Source: Octopus bimaculoides (Eukaryota). Taken from it: a stretch of DNA of 64,000 bases. The translations under genes and the position numbers were made by a program. Shown here piece by piece: positions 24,337-37,900 of the stretch. Position 1 is the first letter of the stretch. Every line of letters begins with the position of its first letter. The stretch covers positions 63,679,000 to 63,742,999 of the forward strand of contig NC_068982.1 of assembly GCF_001194135.2 (NCBI RefSeq), read 5' to 3'. The notes under the pieces were generated by a model. It was not told where the DNA came from. It did not search any database and saw nothing but the letters and a program-made list of their open reading frames with translations.

Positions 24337-25292
24337 NNNNNNNNNNNNNNNNNNNNNNNNNNNNNNNNNNNNNNNNNNNNNNNNNNNNNNNNNNNNNNNN
24401 NNNNNNNNNNNNNNNNNNNNNNNNNNNNNNNNNNNNNNNNNNNNNNNNNNNNNNNNNNNNNNNNNNNNNNNNNNNNNNNNNNNNNNNNNNNNNNNNNNNN
24501 NNNNNNNNNNNNNNNNNNNNNNNNNNNNNNNNNNNNNNNNNNNNNNNNNNNNNNNNNNNNNNNNNNNNNNNNNNNNNNNNNNNNNNNNNNNNNNNNNNNN
24601 NNNNNNNNNNNNNNNNNNNNNNNNNNNNNNNNNNNNNNNNNNNNNNNNNNNNNNNNNNNNNNNNNNNNNNNNNNNNNNNNNNNNNNNNNNNNNNNNNNNN
24701 NNNNNNNNNNNNNNNNNNNNNNNNNNNNNNNNNNNNNNNNNNNNNNNNNNNNNNNNNNNNNNNNNNNNNNNNNNNNNNNNNNNNNNNNNNNNNNNNNNNN
24801 NNNNNNNNNNNNNNNNNNNNNNNNNNNNNNNNNNNNNNNNNNNNNNNNNNNNNNNNNNNNNNNNNNNNNNNNNNNNNNNNNNNNNNNNNNNNNNNNNNNN
24901 NNNNNNNNNNNNNNNNNNNNNNNNNNNNNNNNNNNNNNNNNNNNNNNNNNNNNNNNNNNNNNNNNNNNNNNNNNNNNNNNNNNNNNNNNNNNNNNNNNNN
25001 NNNNNNNNNNNNNNNNNNNNNNNNNNNNNNNNNNNNNNNNNNNNNNNNNNNNNNNNNNNNNNNNNNNNNNNNNNNNNNNNNNNNNNNNNNNNNNNCTTTC
25101 TTTCATGTTTTACTGGTGACCATTTGTAAACAAATTCGTATGCAAATCTGCAGATCTCAAGATTGGTACGAAGTCGGTAAATGCTTCAACTGAATTCGGC
25201 GTCACATCTTTTTAACATGACATTTAAAGTAATTTATTACAAATAAGATTGTACAATGTTTTGTGTGTGAGTGGATGAGTGAGTGAGTGAAT

Positions 25293-25330
<38 letters not shown>

Positions 25331-25627
25331 TTGCACGCGTGCGTGTATGTACAGTATGTATGCGTGTCAGGTAGTATGATATAGTTATGCAATACATAAA
25401 GAGAAACGAACTCATAAAGTAGTGTAAATCACAAGAGATCCATAAAAGTTCCATAAAGATATGTTCATAATCGTTGCGGTATATGCTGGTATAACTTGTG
25501 AAGAGACGATTACATTTCGCTTAAGCCTGAAATGTATGGTGTATTTTAATACAATACGTCGTTAAATGACTTCTTCTATGCCGAATTAATGCAGCTTCTG
25601 CGTGTTCGACAATTAATGTATATATAT

Positions 25628-25681
25628 ACCGTATATACTCGACTATAAAACGCCCTCGGCTACGAGTCACCACCACCCCAC
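25628..25681 (+). mobile_element. Tc1/pogo-like MITE terminus (similar end at ~23818)
   Basis: taccgtatatactcgactataaaacgccc after a TA run; truncated by a gap. Confidence 0.45.
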
Positions 25682-26649
25682 NNNNNNNNNNNNNNNNNNN
25701 NNNNNNNNNNNNNNNNNNNNNNNNNNNNNNNNNNNNNNNNNNNNNNNNNNNNNNNNNNNNNNNNNNNNNNNNNNNNNNNNNNNNNNNNNNNNNNNNNNNN
25801 NNNNNNNNNNNNNNNNNNNNNNNNNNNNNNNNNNNNNNNNNNNNNNNNNNNNNNNNNNNNNNNNNNNNNNNNNNNNNNNNNNNNNNNNNNNNNNNNNNNN
25901 NNNNNNNNNNNNNNNNNNNNNNNNNNNNNNNNNNNNNNNNNNNNNNNNNNNNNNNNNNNNNNNNNNNNNNNNNNNNNNNNNNNNNNNNNNNNNNNNNNNN
26001 NNNNNNNNNNNNNNNNNNNNNNNNNNNNNNNNNNNNNNNNNNNNNNNNACATAGTTGTTGGTCGATGACCCGGCTTTCAGTAATCTGAAGGTGACTTACA
26101 ATGCATTTTAGAAACCGTTGTTTATAATTAAAATGTTATCCTTGATACCACTGGTTGACTTGTTTATCATATTCAGACTTAATTGCCTCAATACTTTCCC
26201 TTTACTTTTTGATTAATGCCTTTCATTATTAGGACACTTTTGTAGCAACTGACACACAAAAGCATGATTGGAAAAAAATACAATAACTATTTTAAATCGT
26301 AAGGAAGTGTATGAAACATTGTGACAAAAATCGGAAGAATAAATGAAGGAAGAATCGAGTTATACTAACCATCACTTTCATCATCACTTTCACCAAATAA
26401 CTGGTAAAACGCCTCGGTTGTGATGGTCTCGTTGTCTGTCTGTCTGTCTGTATGTATGTATGTATGTACGTATGTATGTATGTACGTATGTATGTATGAA
26501 TATATGTATGTTTTAATGTATATTTATACATACATATGTATATATATATACATATATATACATATACATATGAATATACATACATATATACATGCATGCA
26601 TGCATATATACACGCATGCATTCATACATACATACATACATACATACAT

Positions 26650-27188
26650 AGGTTATGTCATGTTTCTGTGGAAGACATTACGCATGTTATTAGCAGCTGT
26701 CCTAAAATGTCATAGTACTAACTCCCTATGCGGCACGATTTTCCCATCACTACTTCTGCCAAATGTAAACTTAACAGGCTGGATTTGTTATTTGGGACAG
26801 AGGGGCAAAGGTATGTACCGTCTTAGAGGTCAGCTGCCCTGCAGATATAAATGCCTCTTTGAAAATGAAAGAAAAAAGGATATCTATGGACAACTGCTTC
26901 GAAACCTCCAGCTTCTATATCCAGACTATGAACTCATATACATACGAATAATAATTGGAGCACTATGTTTTGTTAGTAAATGCTTAAAGGAGAATCTGGA
27001 TAAGCTGGGATTTCCAGAAAGAGAAATCGACCGGCTGATTCGTACATTACAACTGCAATCTGTGAGTGGAACAGTAAAGGTATGCAAGACTTTTCTCAAG
27101 TTCCAAATGTAAATTTATCTAAGTTAACAACATCCCAAAGATAGAGCCTCAGTGGAAGATTTATAGTAATTAAAAAAATAGAAGAGTC
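26650..27188 (+). mobile_element. RLE-type LINE 3' part inside (TACA)n
   Basis: RLCHVSVEDITHVISSCPK (CCHC-type knuckle), IIIGALCFV, SGTVKVCKTFLKFQM*; (TACA)n on both sides. Confidence 0.75.
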
Positions 27189-27227
27189 ATACATACATAC
27201 ATACATACATACATACATACATTTTTT

Positions 27228-27630
27228 TTTGTTGTTGTTGGTACTCCGTCGCTTACGACGTCGAGGGTTCCAGTTGATCCGATCAACGAAACAGCCTGCT
27301 CGTGAAATTAATGTGCAAGTGGCTGAGCACTCCACAGACACGTGTACCCTTAAAGTAGTTCTCGGGGATATTCAGCATGACACAGTGTGACAAGGCTGAC
27401 CCTTTGAATTACAGGCACAACAGAAACAGGAAGTAAGAACGAGAGAAAGTTGTGGTGAAAGAGTACAGCAGGGTTCGCCACCAACCCCTGCCGGAGCCTT
27501 GTGGAGCTTTAGGTGTTTTCGCTCAATAAACANNNNNNNNNNNNNNNNNNNNNNNNNNNNNNNNNNNNNNNNNNNNNNNNGATCCTCAGACCGCGAGTCC
27601 GCTGCCCTAACCACTGGGCCATTGCGCCTC
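27228..27630 (-). mobile_element. SINE family C
   Basis: Homologous to 10403-10782; (AAC)n tail; in a (TACA)n context. Confidence 0.9.
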
Positions 27631-28695
27631 TACATACATACATACATACACACATGCTGAACTGCCGTTATTCCAGTGCCCTGTGCTACTCTGAAATCGT
27701 GCGATATCATAACCTCAGCGGCAATTCTTTTACTTCATACACATCCTTGGACCCTTTCACATTCACTGGTGGTGCACCAGCATGACCGCAGCCACTTGGC
27801 TGAAACACATAAATAAATAAATAAATAAATATACTAGCTGTCAGTAAGCAACTCACATCTGAATCAATATTCTGTGATTCACAATCAATCATTAGTCGGA
27901 AATACTTTATTCATTCCGTTAGTGCGCATGCGGTAGGTATGATTATCTTTCTTTCACATTCTTCAACCGAGAAAGCCTATAATTAAATGCATTCCCGCCG
28001 TGGGTTTCTGTTATTGGTTGTATTATCATTATTTGCTTATTTATTTTGTCTCTAGGCCCGTATTACACAATATGTCCTTCCTAATTTGTAACTTTAAGGA
28101 TATATTTATATAATACTTGATGATTATGACGATCAGGCCAAGAATTATTATACGCAAGATTATTTTGAAGGCTAGCGATTGGAACATACACAGAGTAAGA
28201 TCGAAGAAAACAGATTACCAGAAAATATGGCTTCACTGATGAATACTGAGAAGATAAACAACCATATAAATTAAAAGTGTTACTTCAAATATAAAATAGT
28301 GTAATAGCAAAGATAATGCAGCGCCTGACTGTATTTCGTTTATCTTATCTGAGTACATATCTCGCTGCTAGGTATAGGCTCTTGTATCACTCCAAGAGTG
28401 TTCAAAATAGGTATCAGTAATCTACTAACCCCTTTATAGGAACATAACGGTTGTAGTAGCAGTAATAAGAATTTATTGAAGTAGTAGCTACAGCTGCTCT
28501 GGAGTAAGTAATTTCCGTTGATCATTTTAATTACAATATGTTTCTTAGCAATATTCGTGTACATTTGAGTCTACAATTATCAACGTGTATGTAAATGTGT
28601 ATATGCATGTATGTGTGTGTGTGGTGCATGTGTGTGTGCATGTGTGTGTGCATGTGTGTGTGTGTGTGTGTGTGCATGTGTGTGTGCATGTGTGT

Positions 28696-28727
<32 letters not shown>

Positions 28728-28997
28728 ACATTACATCCTCATGCTAACAGAATAATAGTTGTCAAATAATTACCTTACAACAATTAACAATGTTTTACTA
28801 ATTATTGTAGCTTTGGTTATTTATGTCTCAGAATGGTAGACACATTTATATATTTCTTTCAGCTGTGGCTGTTTAGATCATGTAATCTATATTATTCTGC
28901 CGCCGTCTATGTGTATATACAAAACAATTTTAGTATTTTTGCAAGACAATTGTTTGATAATCTATGGAACGAATTCAAATAAAGAAAGAAAGAAAGA

Positions 28998-29116
28998 AAG
29001 AAGAAGAAGAAGAAGAAGAAGAAGAAGAAGAAGAAGAAGAAGAAGAAGAAGAAGAAGAAGAAGAAGAAGAAGAAGAAGAAGAAGAAGAAGAAGAAGAAGA
29101 AGAAGAAGAAGAAGAA
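28998..29116. repeat. (GAA)n microsatellite
   Basis: Pure GAA run. Confidence 0.97.
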
Positions 29117-29570
29117 GGCAGCGGCAGGCGAAATACTATTAAGCATTTCGTCCAGCTTACTAACGATTCTACCGGCTCGCCGCCCCTATGCAATAACAGG
29201 CACTGGGTCTCATCTCGAATCACGAGAAGGAGTAATGGGGGTGGGGAGCAAACATCATAGCCATGAATTGAGAGGGATTCTTTTGGCTTCGAATAATTCC
29301 CCCAATAGAAACATAGGTGTTTCGTTCATCATCTTTAAACAACCATTATTCAGGGACCCTTTGAGCGGGATGGGCAACTTGACCTGAAGGAAATTCTAAC
29401 TGGGTCCCACCTACAAGATCGCTGGACGTCGACTTTGCCTTTCATCCTTTCGGGGTTGATAAATTAAGTACCAGTTGAACACTGAGGTCGATGAAATCGA
29501 CTAATCCCCTCTCCCAGAATTGCTGCCCTTTGGCAAAATTTGGAACTATTATTATTATTATCATTATTAT
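29117..29570. mobile_element. Rearranged SINE family A pieces (5' part on minus ~29117-29187; 3' half on plus ~29428-29570) around an unrelated insert
   Basis: Matches to the family A head (reverse) and to gtcgactttgcctttcatcc...caaaatttggaa(tta)n. Confidence 0.7.
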
Positions 29571-29581
29571 TATTATTATTA

Positions 29582-30009
29582 TTCAGTAGTTTTATTTTTA
29601 TAACGTGCTTTCACTTCACTACCGAGCGCAGCTCTGTGCGCCTTGGGTATGTGCTGTGGTTTGCTGTGGTGCTCTTATGTTTACTGTATTGAAAGTGTTT
29701 TGCATAGAATGTGTGCAGTACCCAGTAGTGCAATTGTCTGTATGTTATATATATTTGTAAGTCCTGCTATTTTTGTTATGTATTTGTCTGAATATTTTTT
29801 TATTATACCTAAGGCACCTACTATGATAGGAATTGTTTCTGTTTTTAGATTCCACATTCGAGTTATCTCTATTTCCAGGTCTTTTTATTTTGAAAGTTTT
29901 TCCATTTCTTTTAGAGAAACGTTGTCATCTGCTGGTATTGATACATCAATTAGAAAGCATTTTTTTTCTTCATGATCTTTGACAACTATATCTGGTCTAT
30001 TTGCCTTAA
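29582..30009 (-). mobile_element. R4/Dong-like LINE 3' end with RLE domain in (TAA)n
   Basis: NRPDIVVKDHEEKKCFLIDVSIPADDNVSLKEMEKLSK*KDLEIEITRMW; closely similar to 20862-21165; (TTA)n on both sides. Confidence 0.88.
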
Positions 30010-30019
30010 TTTATTATTA

Positions 30020-30086
<67 letters not shown>

Positions 30087-31179
30087 AACAAAAACCTATC
30101 CGATGCGAGACTTCTAATCATGTGATCGAAATAGTTATATTATACTTGTTCCTAAAGAACTCTCACGAACCAAAGTCCATAACCCCAAATCCTGATATAT
30201 ACCACATAATTTTACTATAGAACAGGTGAAAACATGGCCTGCAAATCCTCGTTAAAAAGTGACTCATTTTATCAACAGGGTGTTTATACACCGTTTCTAT
30301 AAGATATCATCTGAAAGATGCTTTGTGCATGACACAACCGTCGATCCCACTCGTCTACTCTCTCGGTGTGTCTGTAGGTACGAATATGTTTATAGCACTA
30401 CGAAAAATCAATGAATTTTGTGGTCATCCCTTTTAGTTGTGGACATCTCGCTATTAAAACCTACCAAATTCTACAAATGCTATTGATTTCCAATCTCTGG
30501 ATGATTTGTCCAGATAATTTCTTATCTCGTTGCCCGTATTTCTGGAAACCCCTTCTTGCCTCGGTGAGATTTGAACTGCAAATGTAAATAAACTAAAAGA
30601 ACTAACGCAATGCTGACCCTCTGACGATGTGGCCAAGTCACTGCCAGAAATTCTGCATTAATAGTAAATATAATATTAGTATACTGAATTATTATTTATA
30701 GTACATTAATAATGCGGCAAGAATGGAAGTTCTGAAACGATATCATTTTTACTGTTTACAAAAGGTCGTAAAGTTTAATGGATGTTTTTAACAATCCATT
30801 AAATGGAGCCCATTAATTGATTTACGCTCTACATCCTATTTTCTGAGTTACAACCCTGCCTACCTTGGACATTTACTTTCATCCTCCTGGGGTCGTACTG
30901 TACCACGGTTTAGTCATTCGACTATTATTTAGAATCAATAAAAGTATAAATTTTTCGGCGGTACACTTAAGTCTTAACCTTGGGTGATTTAACGGGCTGC
31001 AAGAATTTAAGGCAGATAACGAACATGGTACAAGAGTGGTGAATGACAGAATTTGTAACATTATACATATAAGAGAAATAAGTATTGCATGGCAACCGCA
31101 ATAATTATATTCTATTCAAGAACAAAGCTCAAAGAAATCTGCCTGCATTAGTGCATGCGTTTGTATGACTATGCGTGTG

Positions 31180-31231
<52 letters not shown>

Positions 31232-32401
31232 NNNNNNNNNNNNNNNNNNNNNNNNNNNNNNNNNNNNNNNNNNNNNNNNNNNNNNNNNNNNNNNNNNNNN
31301 NNNNNNNNNNGTGTGCGTGCGCGTATGTTCGTACCTATATGTGTGTGTGTGCGTAAATTCCAAGCTGAACGGCAAAAAAGAAATCATGGATGCAATCATA
31401 TGGCTTTTAATAATTTTAATAAGACGACCTTTCCGATAGTAAATAAATTACATTAGCAAAATTAAGTTAATGCAATATTACAAAAATTTAAAAAAATACA
31501 CCAGAACGAGAAGTAATTAGAAATATTTTGTTGAATATCTCAAACCATTTGGTAAGGAATTTTTTTTTAAATTAGAAGCTAACTGTATAACCGACATTAA
31601 GTTCTGTATTATGAAGTATGGAATATTTGCTCTCCATAACAGAAGCTTATACGTAACAATGGTGATTTATATTGTTGATACAATACCGCACGATGCTGGA
31701 AACGGGATTAGTCAACCACGGCTCTACTTGCAAGTATATTTCATTGGTTCCGTTCCCTGTCAGATATGACATTTCGGTTTTTACACTACCGTTTTAGTTA
31801 CTAAACCGCATTCACCGAAACATTGATAAGAATTTTTTTTTTTTTTTTTTTTGTATTAGCAAAGGTCACACATTTTTGAGAGGAAGGCAAAAGTCGATTG
31901 AAATGAAGAACTGAAGGCAAATTTTGTTCCTGCAGAGTTTGATCTCAGATGTCATGAAATGGAACGAAATGTCTGGTAGTTTGCTAGTTCTACCACTCAA
32001 CCACATTCACTTTTATGTGATTCGTATAGCACTGTGACAGAAGTTTGAGAGTGGGTATAACAAAATGCAGTTGACCAAAGAATGAGACTTTATAGATACT
32101 GAGGGCAGGGAGAAAAGCAAATGTGCACTCATGTGGTTTAAACTCAAAATACGAAAGAAATCGTTGACAAAAAGATATCTACATAACGTTTTTTGCAGGT
32201 TAAATAAACTAAATATATCAAACGGCTTTTAGAGAGCCCGAGTTAATAGCTGAAGGCCTGCTAGAATCAGAAACTACATTTTCCTTTACTTTCACCTTAC
32301 TGCCTTAAACAGAGAAAGATTCATTAAATAAGGTGGTTGCTTGTATATAATAAGATATACTACCTCCAATCATAGGACAGCTCGTTAAGAACTGACCCGG
32401 A

Positions 32402-32556
32402 GCAAGTCGATTAGATCGACCCTTGTACGCAACTGGTACTTAATTTATCGACCTCGAAAAGATTAAAGACAAAGTCGATCTCGGCGGAATTTGACAGACG
32501 AAATACACTAAGCATTTCGCCCGGCGTGCTAACGTTTCTTCTAGCTCGCCGCCTTA
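32402..32556 (-). mobile_element. SINE family A (internally deleted)
   Basis: Reverse complement begins taaggcggcgagctagaagaaacgttagcacgccgg. Confidence 0.85.
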
Positions 32557-32573
32557 GAAACAACAAAAATATT

Positions 32574-32806
32574 TATTTCTTTATTGCCCACAAGGGGCTA
32601 AACATAGAAGGAACAAACAAGGACAAACAAAGGGATCAAGTCGATAACATCGACCCCAGTGCGTAACTGGTACTTATTTAATCAACCCCGAATGGATGAA
32701 AGGCAAAGTCGACCTCGGCAGAATTTGAATTCAGAACGTAAAGACAGACGAAACACCGTAAGTATTTCGTCCGGCGTGTTAACGCTTCTGCCAGATAGCC
32801 GCCTTA
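32574..32806 (-). mobile_element. SINE family A with Tx1-like 3' tail and 17-bp TSD
   Basis: TSD gaaacaac(a/g)aaaatatt at 32557-32573 and 32807-32823; tail ...gtttagccccttgtgggcaataaagaaat. Confidence 0.88.
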
Positions 32807-32844
32807 GAAACAACGAAAATATTGCTTTCAAATGAAGCTATAGC

Positions 32845-32925
32845 AGAAGTCACTTGGCACGCAGTGTGACTGAACCTGGAACCACGTGTTTGGAAAGCAA
32901 GCTTCTTAACACACAGCCTGATTGA
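32845..32925 (-). mobile_element. SINE family B 5' head fragment
   Basis: Reverse complement ggctgtgtgttaagaagcttgc...gttccaggttcagtcacactgcgtgcca. Confidence 0.65.
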
Positions 32926-34492
32926 GTGCGTGTGTGTGTGTGTGTGTGTTTGTGTGGTTGTAGTGTGTGTATGTGTGTGTGTGTGTGTAAGGTGAAGCAC
33001 TTAACCATTACCTAAATAGGAAAGGGGGAAGGGAAACTGCTATAATGAAATGAGCATGGAAAGTATGTATATGTGCAGTTAGCTCGGAAGTCTCTACCAA
33101 TAGAGTCTCCTGAGCTGGCTACAAAACGGAAATAGAAAGAGTATGATAGTTCCAAGCTGTTAGCTTAGTACTGATTCATTCAGCTTTGTAAGAATGAACA
33201 TGAAAAGATAAATATTGCAACATATCAAAAGTATCTTTTGATATAAAGTATATTAGAAATAGTGATGAATAGATTAAAATTGCAAATCGACAGAGAGAAA
33301 CAGGAGAGGGAGAGTCTCTCTGATTGTTCTTGATAAATAGTTTAGTATTATTCAATTCACTCAGATGATGGGTACATGTCGAATTAATGATGACATTTAG
33401 TAAAGGTGCCCGGTGTAACATTTGGTTAGTTTGTAGATTTATTAAGGTTTTTGCGTGTAAGGCTCTTCTCGGCTATGCACTTCCCACAACCTCTAGGTCT
33501 TGTGTCCCATCTTTGTAGGGTTTGCATATCGTCCGATTTATGCTGAAATCAGTAACATATTATTTTAAAATTCAGGTATAGATGCATAGTTTTGTTGTAT
33601 TCTACTCTTCTTCATTTCTGAAGAAAAACGAACTGTTATTGTATATTATTTAAATTTAACTTCCACCTACTTTACGTAGAATTTAATCAATAAAATTGTC
33701 TCCAAAACATTTCTCCATCACACCCCATACGACAATGTTAATGCCCCTCCATTCAAACCCCCCAAAAAAACAAGGAAAGTTTAATTTCAAGAGAGACTAT
33801 ATAAGCCAGGATTACCTTCGTCAGGCGTTGGGTTAGCTGCCCGAAACTTCGAAGTCACTGTCGATAATATTCTAGTTTTTAGGAATATATATATATATAN
33901 NNNNNNNNNNNNNNNNNNNNNNNNNNNNNNNNNNNNNNNNNNNNNNNNNNNNNNNNNNNNNNNNNNNNNNNNNNNNNNNNNNNNNNNNNNNNNNNNNNNN
34001 NNNNNNNNNNNNNNNNNNNNNNNNNNNNNNNNNNNNNNNNNNNNNNNNNNNNNNNNNNNNNNNNNNNNNNNNNNNNNNNNNNNNNNNNNNNNNNNNNNNN
34101 NNNNNNNNNNNNNNNNNNNNNNNNNNNNNNNNNNNNNNNNNNNNNNNNNNNNNNNNNNNNNNNNNNNNNNNNNNNNNNNNNNNNNNNNNNNNNNNNNNNN
34201 NNNNNNNNNNNNNNNNNNNNNNNNNNNNNNNNNNNNNNNNNNNNNNNNNNNNNNNNNNNNNNNNNNNNNNNNNNNNNNNNNNNNNNNNNNNNNNNNNNNN
34301 NNNNNNNNNNNNNNNNNNNNNNNNNNNNNNNNNNNNNNNNNNNNNNNNNNNNNNNNNNNNNNNNNNNNNNNNNNNNNNNNNNNNNNNNNNNNNNNNNNNN
34401 NNNNNNNNNNNNNNNNNNNNNNNNNNNNNNNNNNNNNNNNNNNNNGTGTATTTCTTAAATGGGTCATAAACACCTTCCACGCTGCAATTGTA

Positions 34493-34532
<40 letters not shown>

Positions 34533-34671
34533 AATTATACATTTCTAAATCTTTCAGAGAGATTTAGAAATGTATTATTTCTATTTTTGAAATCAGTGAA
34601 TGTATTTCACTAGAATTATTATATGTTTACGAGAGCTTGACAGGCATCTCTAACTATCAGGCCATTGCTAC

Positions 34672-34714
34672 TCCAGACCGATGACGAGAAAGGACTCAGA
34701 AACTAGTCTCTGGA
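34672..34714 (+). ncRNA. Minimal type I hammerhead motif (Penelope-like), with U4C and 10.1/11.1 mismatch
   Basis: UCCAGA-CCGAUGA-C-GAG aaagga CUC-A-GAAA-CUAG-UC-UCUGGA; palindromic ACUAGU helix III; GUC site. Confidence 0.65.
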
Positions 34715-34900
34715 TGCAGGCTTAGCAACGTGGAGATGCTTGTCTCCACCTTGTAAGCATAAGGATACAGGAAATGCGTCAAGGCCAACAGGAATCGATG
34801 CAGCTTTCTAGGGCTAAATAGCAGTAGTATTATTCCCTTTATGGCACTGTCACATTAAGTTGACAGCATACAACTACTTTATATATAAATATATAATGTA

Positions 34901-34950
34901 TACGTAATCATTTCGGACTACATTGCTATGTAGTCCGAAATGATTACGTA
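34901..34950. repeat. Perfect 23-bp hairpin
   Basis: tacgtaatcatttcggactacat-tgct-atgtagtccgaaatgattacgta; the unit tgtagtccgaaa repeats again at ~34958. Confidence 0.95.
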
Positions 34951-37900
34951 TTGTTATGTAGTCCGAAAGCATTACGCATTTCGGATCACATAATAACATA
35001 AAAACAGTTGATGCAATACTTGGTTAAGATTTGTTGGTATTTTGCCCTTGGATATTTTTTAAATACATCTCTTAAGTTACTTTACCTTGTTCATCAGAAT
35101 GTATCCCGTTTTTGATAGACTTTTTAAACGCGTGCTCCAGTTCAGACGCCCTAATTGTGGTTCAGTGAGTAAACGCCTCACAAAAACATTTTGAACATTG
35201 CTAGTCGAACTACTGACTTGAATGGAATTCGCCATTTGTCAACTTTGTCTCATTCGATTTATCATCATCTCCATAGGATATACCACATCTATGCGCCCGT
35301 GATCAAGAAGTTCAGCAGACCTTCTGCTTAATTCTAGCTATCGACTGTAGCAACCTCACAGAAATTCTTCCGATGGACCATGTGTCATTGCTAATTGGCT
35401 GATGGGGCTCACCTTTTTGTACAGCATGGCTGTAAATGTCACTAATAATATACTTCATGCCATGATTTTCAAAGTTCATACCTTAGTCATTTTGTCAGAA
35501 GCTATATTGAACAGCTGCAGCGTCCATGATGTTGCAGCCAGTAGCCACGTACTTTTTTCATTGGTGAAACAAGAACCGCGAAAACTCTGCAATATTTAGC
35601 ACTGTCTGCAGTGACCGTACTCTTTCCCTCATTTTAAGAGAATTTTCTAAAGTAGATGCTTTTGTTCATAGTAGTTCTTGTAAGAGCTACGACTAGTTGA
35701 TTTCTGCAGTCTTGTTTTAACTGATTTTTCGACGTTCATCACGCTTTAGTCGAGTCATTATTGTCTAGAAGTGAAAAGGAATAGGAAAACACCTGCCAAA
35801 CAATGTGTTATAGTCTAAAATTAAGGGAAAAAGTTGACCAGTATATACGCGTCTAGCAGAAGATCTATAAAAAGTTAAACATTTTAATCACAGCCAGAAA
35901 CTCACACATACTTTTTGTTTGAAAAAGCATGACCAGCACTATAAGAAAATTGCGAAAAATAATAATTTCGTTTCCCATCATATTCATGTTGGAACACAGT
36001 CACTAAATATTAAAGCTTTGAAAATCATCAAAAATCTTTACTTGTAAACCTTCTCATACTAAATACCCAATTTTATAATCCCAACAAGAAATTCACACAT
36101 ACTAAAACCAATCTGAAAACATGCATACTGAATTATAGAAATAATTTTGTATCCTTTCATGCTGGAGCTCCTCTGTGTACATAGATGTTGTGATTGAGCA
36201 AAAGATCCAGGGGAAAGAAGGGTCCACACCGAGTTTGTGACATCCTATTTCAGTTGAATTACAGCTGACAAATTACTTATAATTTCTTTCGAGAGTAACT
36301 TGACCATCAGCTTGCTTCCAATTACATGATTGCCTGTTAGTATAGTATACTCTGATCACAGGTAGTTTGTTTATTATTTGACAAACAAACTACTTGTGAC
36401 AAGAATTCACATGAATTCGTGTCGCAAAAGAAATCATGTGATCTCTTGTGTGGCAGGAAATACAAACTGCTGCTAGGAATGATTCCCATGTTTTTGTGTA
36501 ACTTGATAAAACAGTTATGCTTTCAAATAGATGTATTTTATTACACATGTACCAAAAGTGTTGGGGAGTTGACTATGAGATCATCAAGGAACATGACTTT
36601 GTGAGTCGTGTTTTAGTACTTATCCTCATCCGGACCTTACTTCTATAAAAATAAATTCTCCATGGATGGATGTTCACCAACATGCAGAAACTGAGAAATT
36701 TATTCACCAAACCTTTTCAACCAAATAACCAATTTATCAATAAATTATAACTCCAATGTGGCCAACAGTGGCTTAATATAATGCAAAGCCATATGTTTCA
36801 ACACAGTTTTCATGTTTTCTGTGTATGGATAAAAGTTATCAAAATTTTAATTTACCACAACTTTACATATCCAGAAGAGTTAAAACACTCAAAACAGTCC
36901 ATTTCAGAGGTATTTATATCATGTTTACCTGAAGTTTTTATTCAATCACCTTTCAGACTTACTGAGTACACAGACTTACTGGAAATTTTTGTACTCATTT
37001 CTGACTTCCAAAATAGGTTGATACTCCTTAATAGACATAACTTCATCCTACACATGTCGTGACATGTCTAGGAAACAGTAATGCATAGTTTTCACAAAAT
37101 ACATGACTTTCAGAGTTACAAATCATATAGAACAAGAATCCTACCCTTTTACTTTAGTTACCATTAGATTGTTCAACAAACTTTTGATTTTTAAAGGTGT
37201 TTCCTCAAAAACATCAACCAAAACATAGCATACTGCGGTGTTGATTCAATCTAACAGGATTCAAATAAACTTGTAAAGATATGCCAGTTACAAAGTTTCA
37301 GTTTTGTTCAAGACTTCTGTAAGAAACTACGGGAATTTTTAATATAATATCCGAACAAGGGTGCTTGTGTCCGAAATATGGATCATACACGTCATATACA
37401 TAAATATACATACACACATAGATACATACATACATACATACATACATACATACATGCACGTGCGTGCACACACACACATACACACACACACACACATATA
37501 TATGTATATGTGTGAGTGCACGTGTGTACGTGTGTGTGTATTAATCGAAGTATACAGATAAAGAGAAGATTAAAGAGATAAACATTTATCTACCGTTTAA
37601 CTTGAACCAATTTCGCAAGGTTACAAAATGCTATTAATCTGGTTTATTGATACTTGTCACAAGCTGTTACCTTTACCCGTTTAATGCAGCTCCTTATTAC
37701 TTTGAATTTCAAAGAGAAATATACAATGAATTATGACAGCCAAAGCTATAAAATTTTAATGTTCTCGATGGTCGTCTTCGTAAATTGTAATAAAATGTCA
37801 GTATCAAGTAATGTAGTTGTAAGAAAGTCAACGTACTAAAAGAAAAGACATTTTAAAAAATAACAATGTCTGCAGATAAGATATATCTTCTCGTGAAAGA

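Noticed and set aside
30304-30377. Open AG...GT-bounded segment (ISSERCFVHDTTVDPTRLLSRCVC)
   Set aside because: Weak acceptor, no recognisable homology and no partner exons.
33805-33870. Half-hammerhead GGG..CCC-GAAA-CUUCGAAG-UC with CUGACGA on the opposite strand
   Set aside because: The two core halves are on different strands, so no complete motif can fold; at most a rearranged relic.
35140-37300. Possible transposase remnants (Merlin/hAT-like)
   Set aside because: Motif order was inconsistent and no termini were found; cannot be supported without a search.
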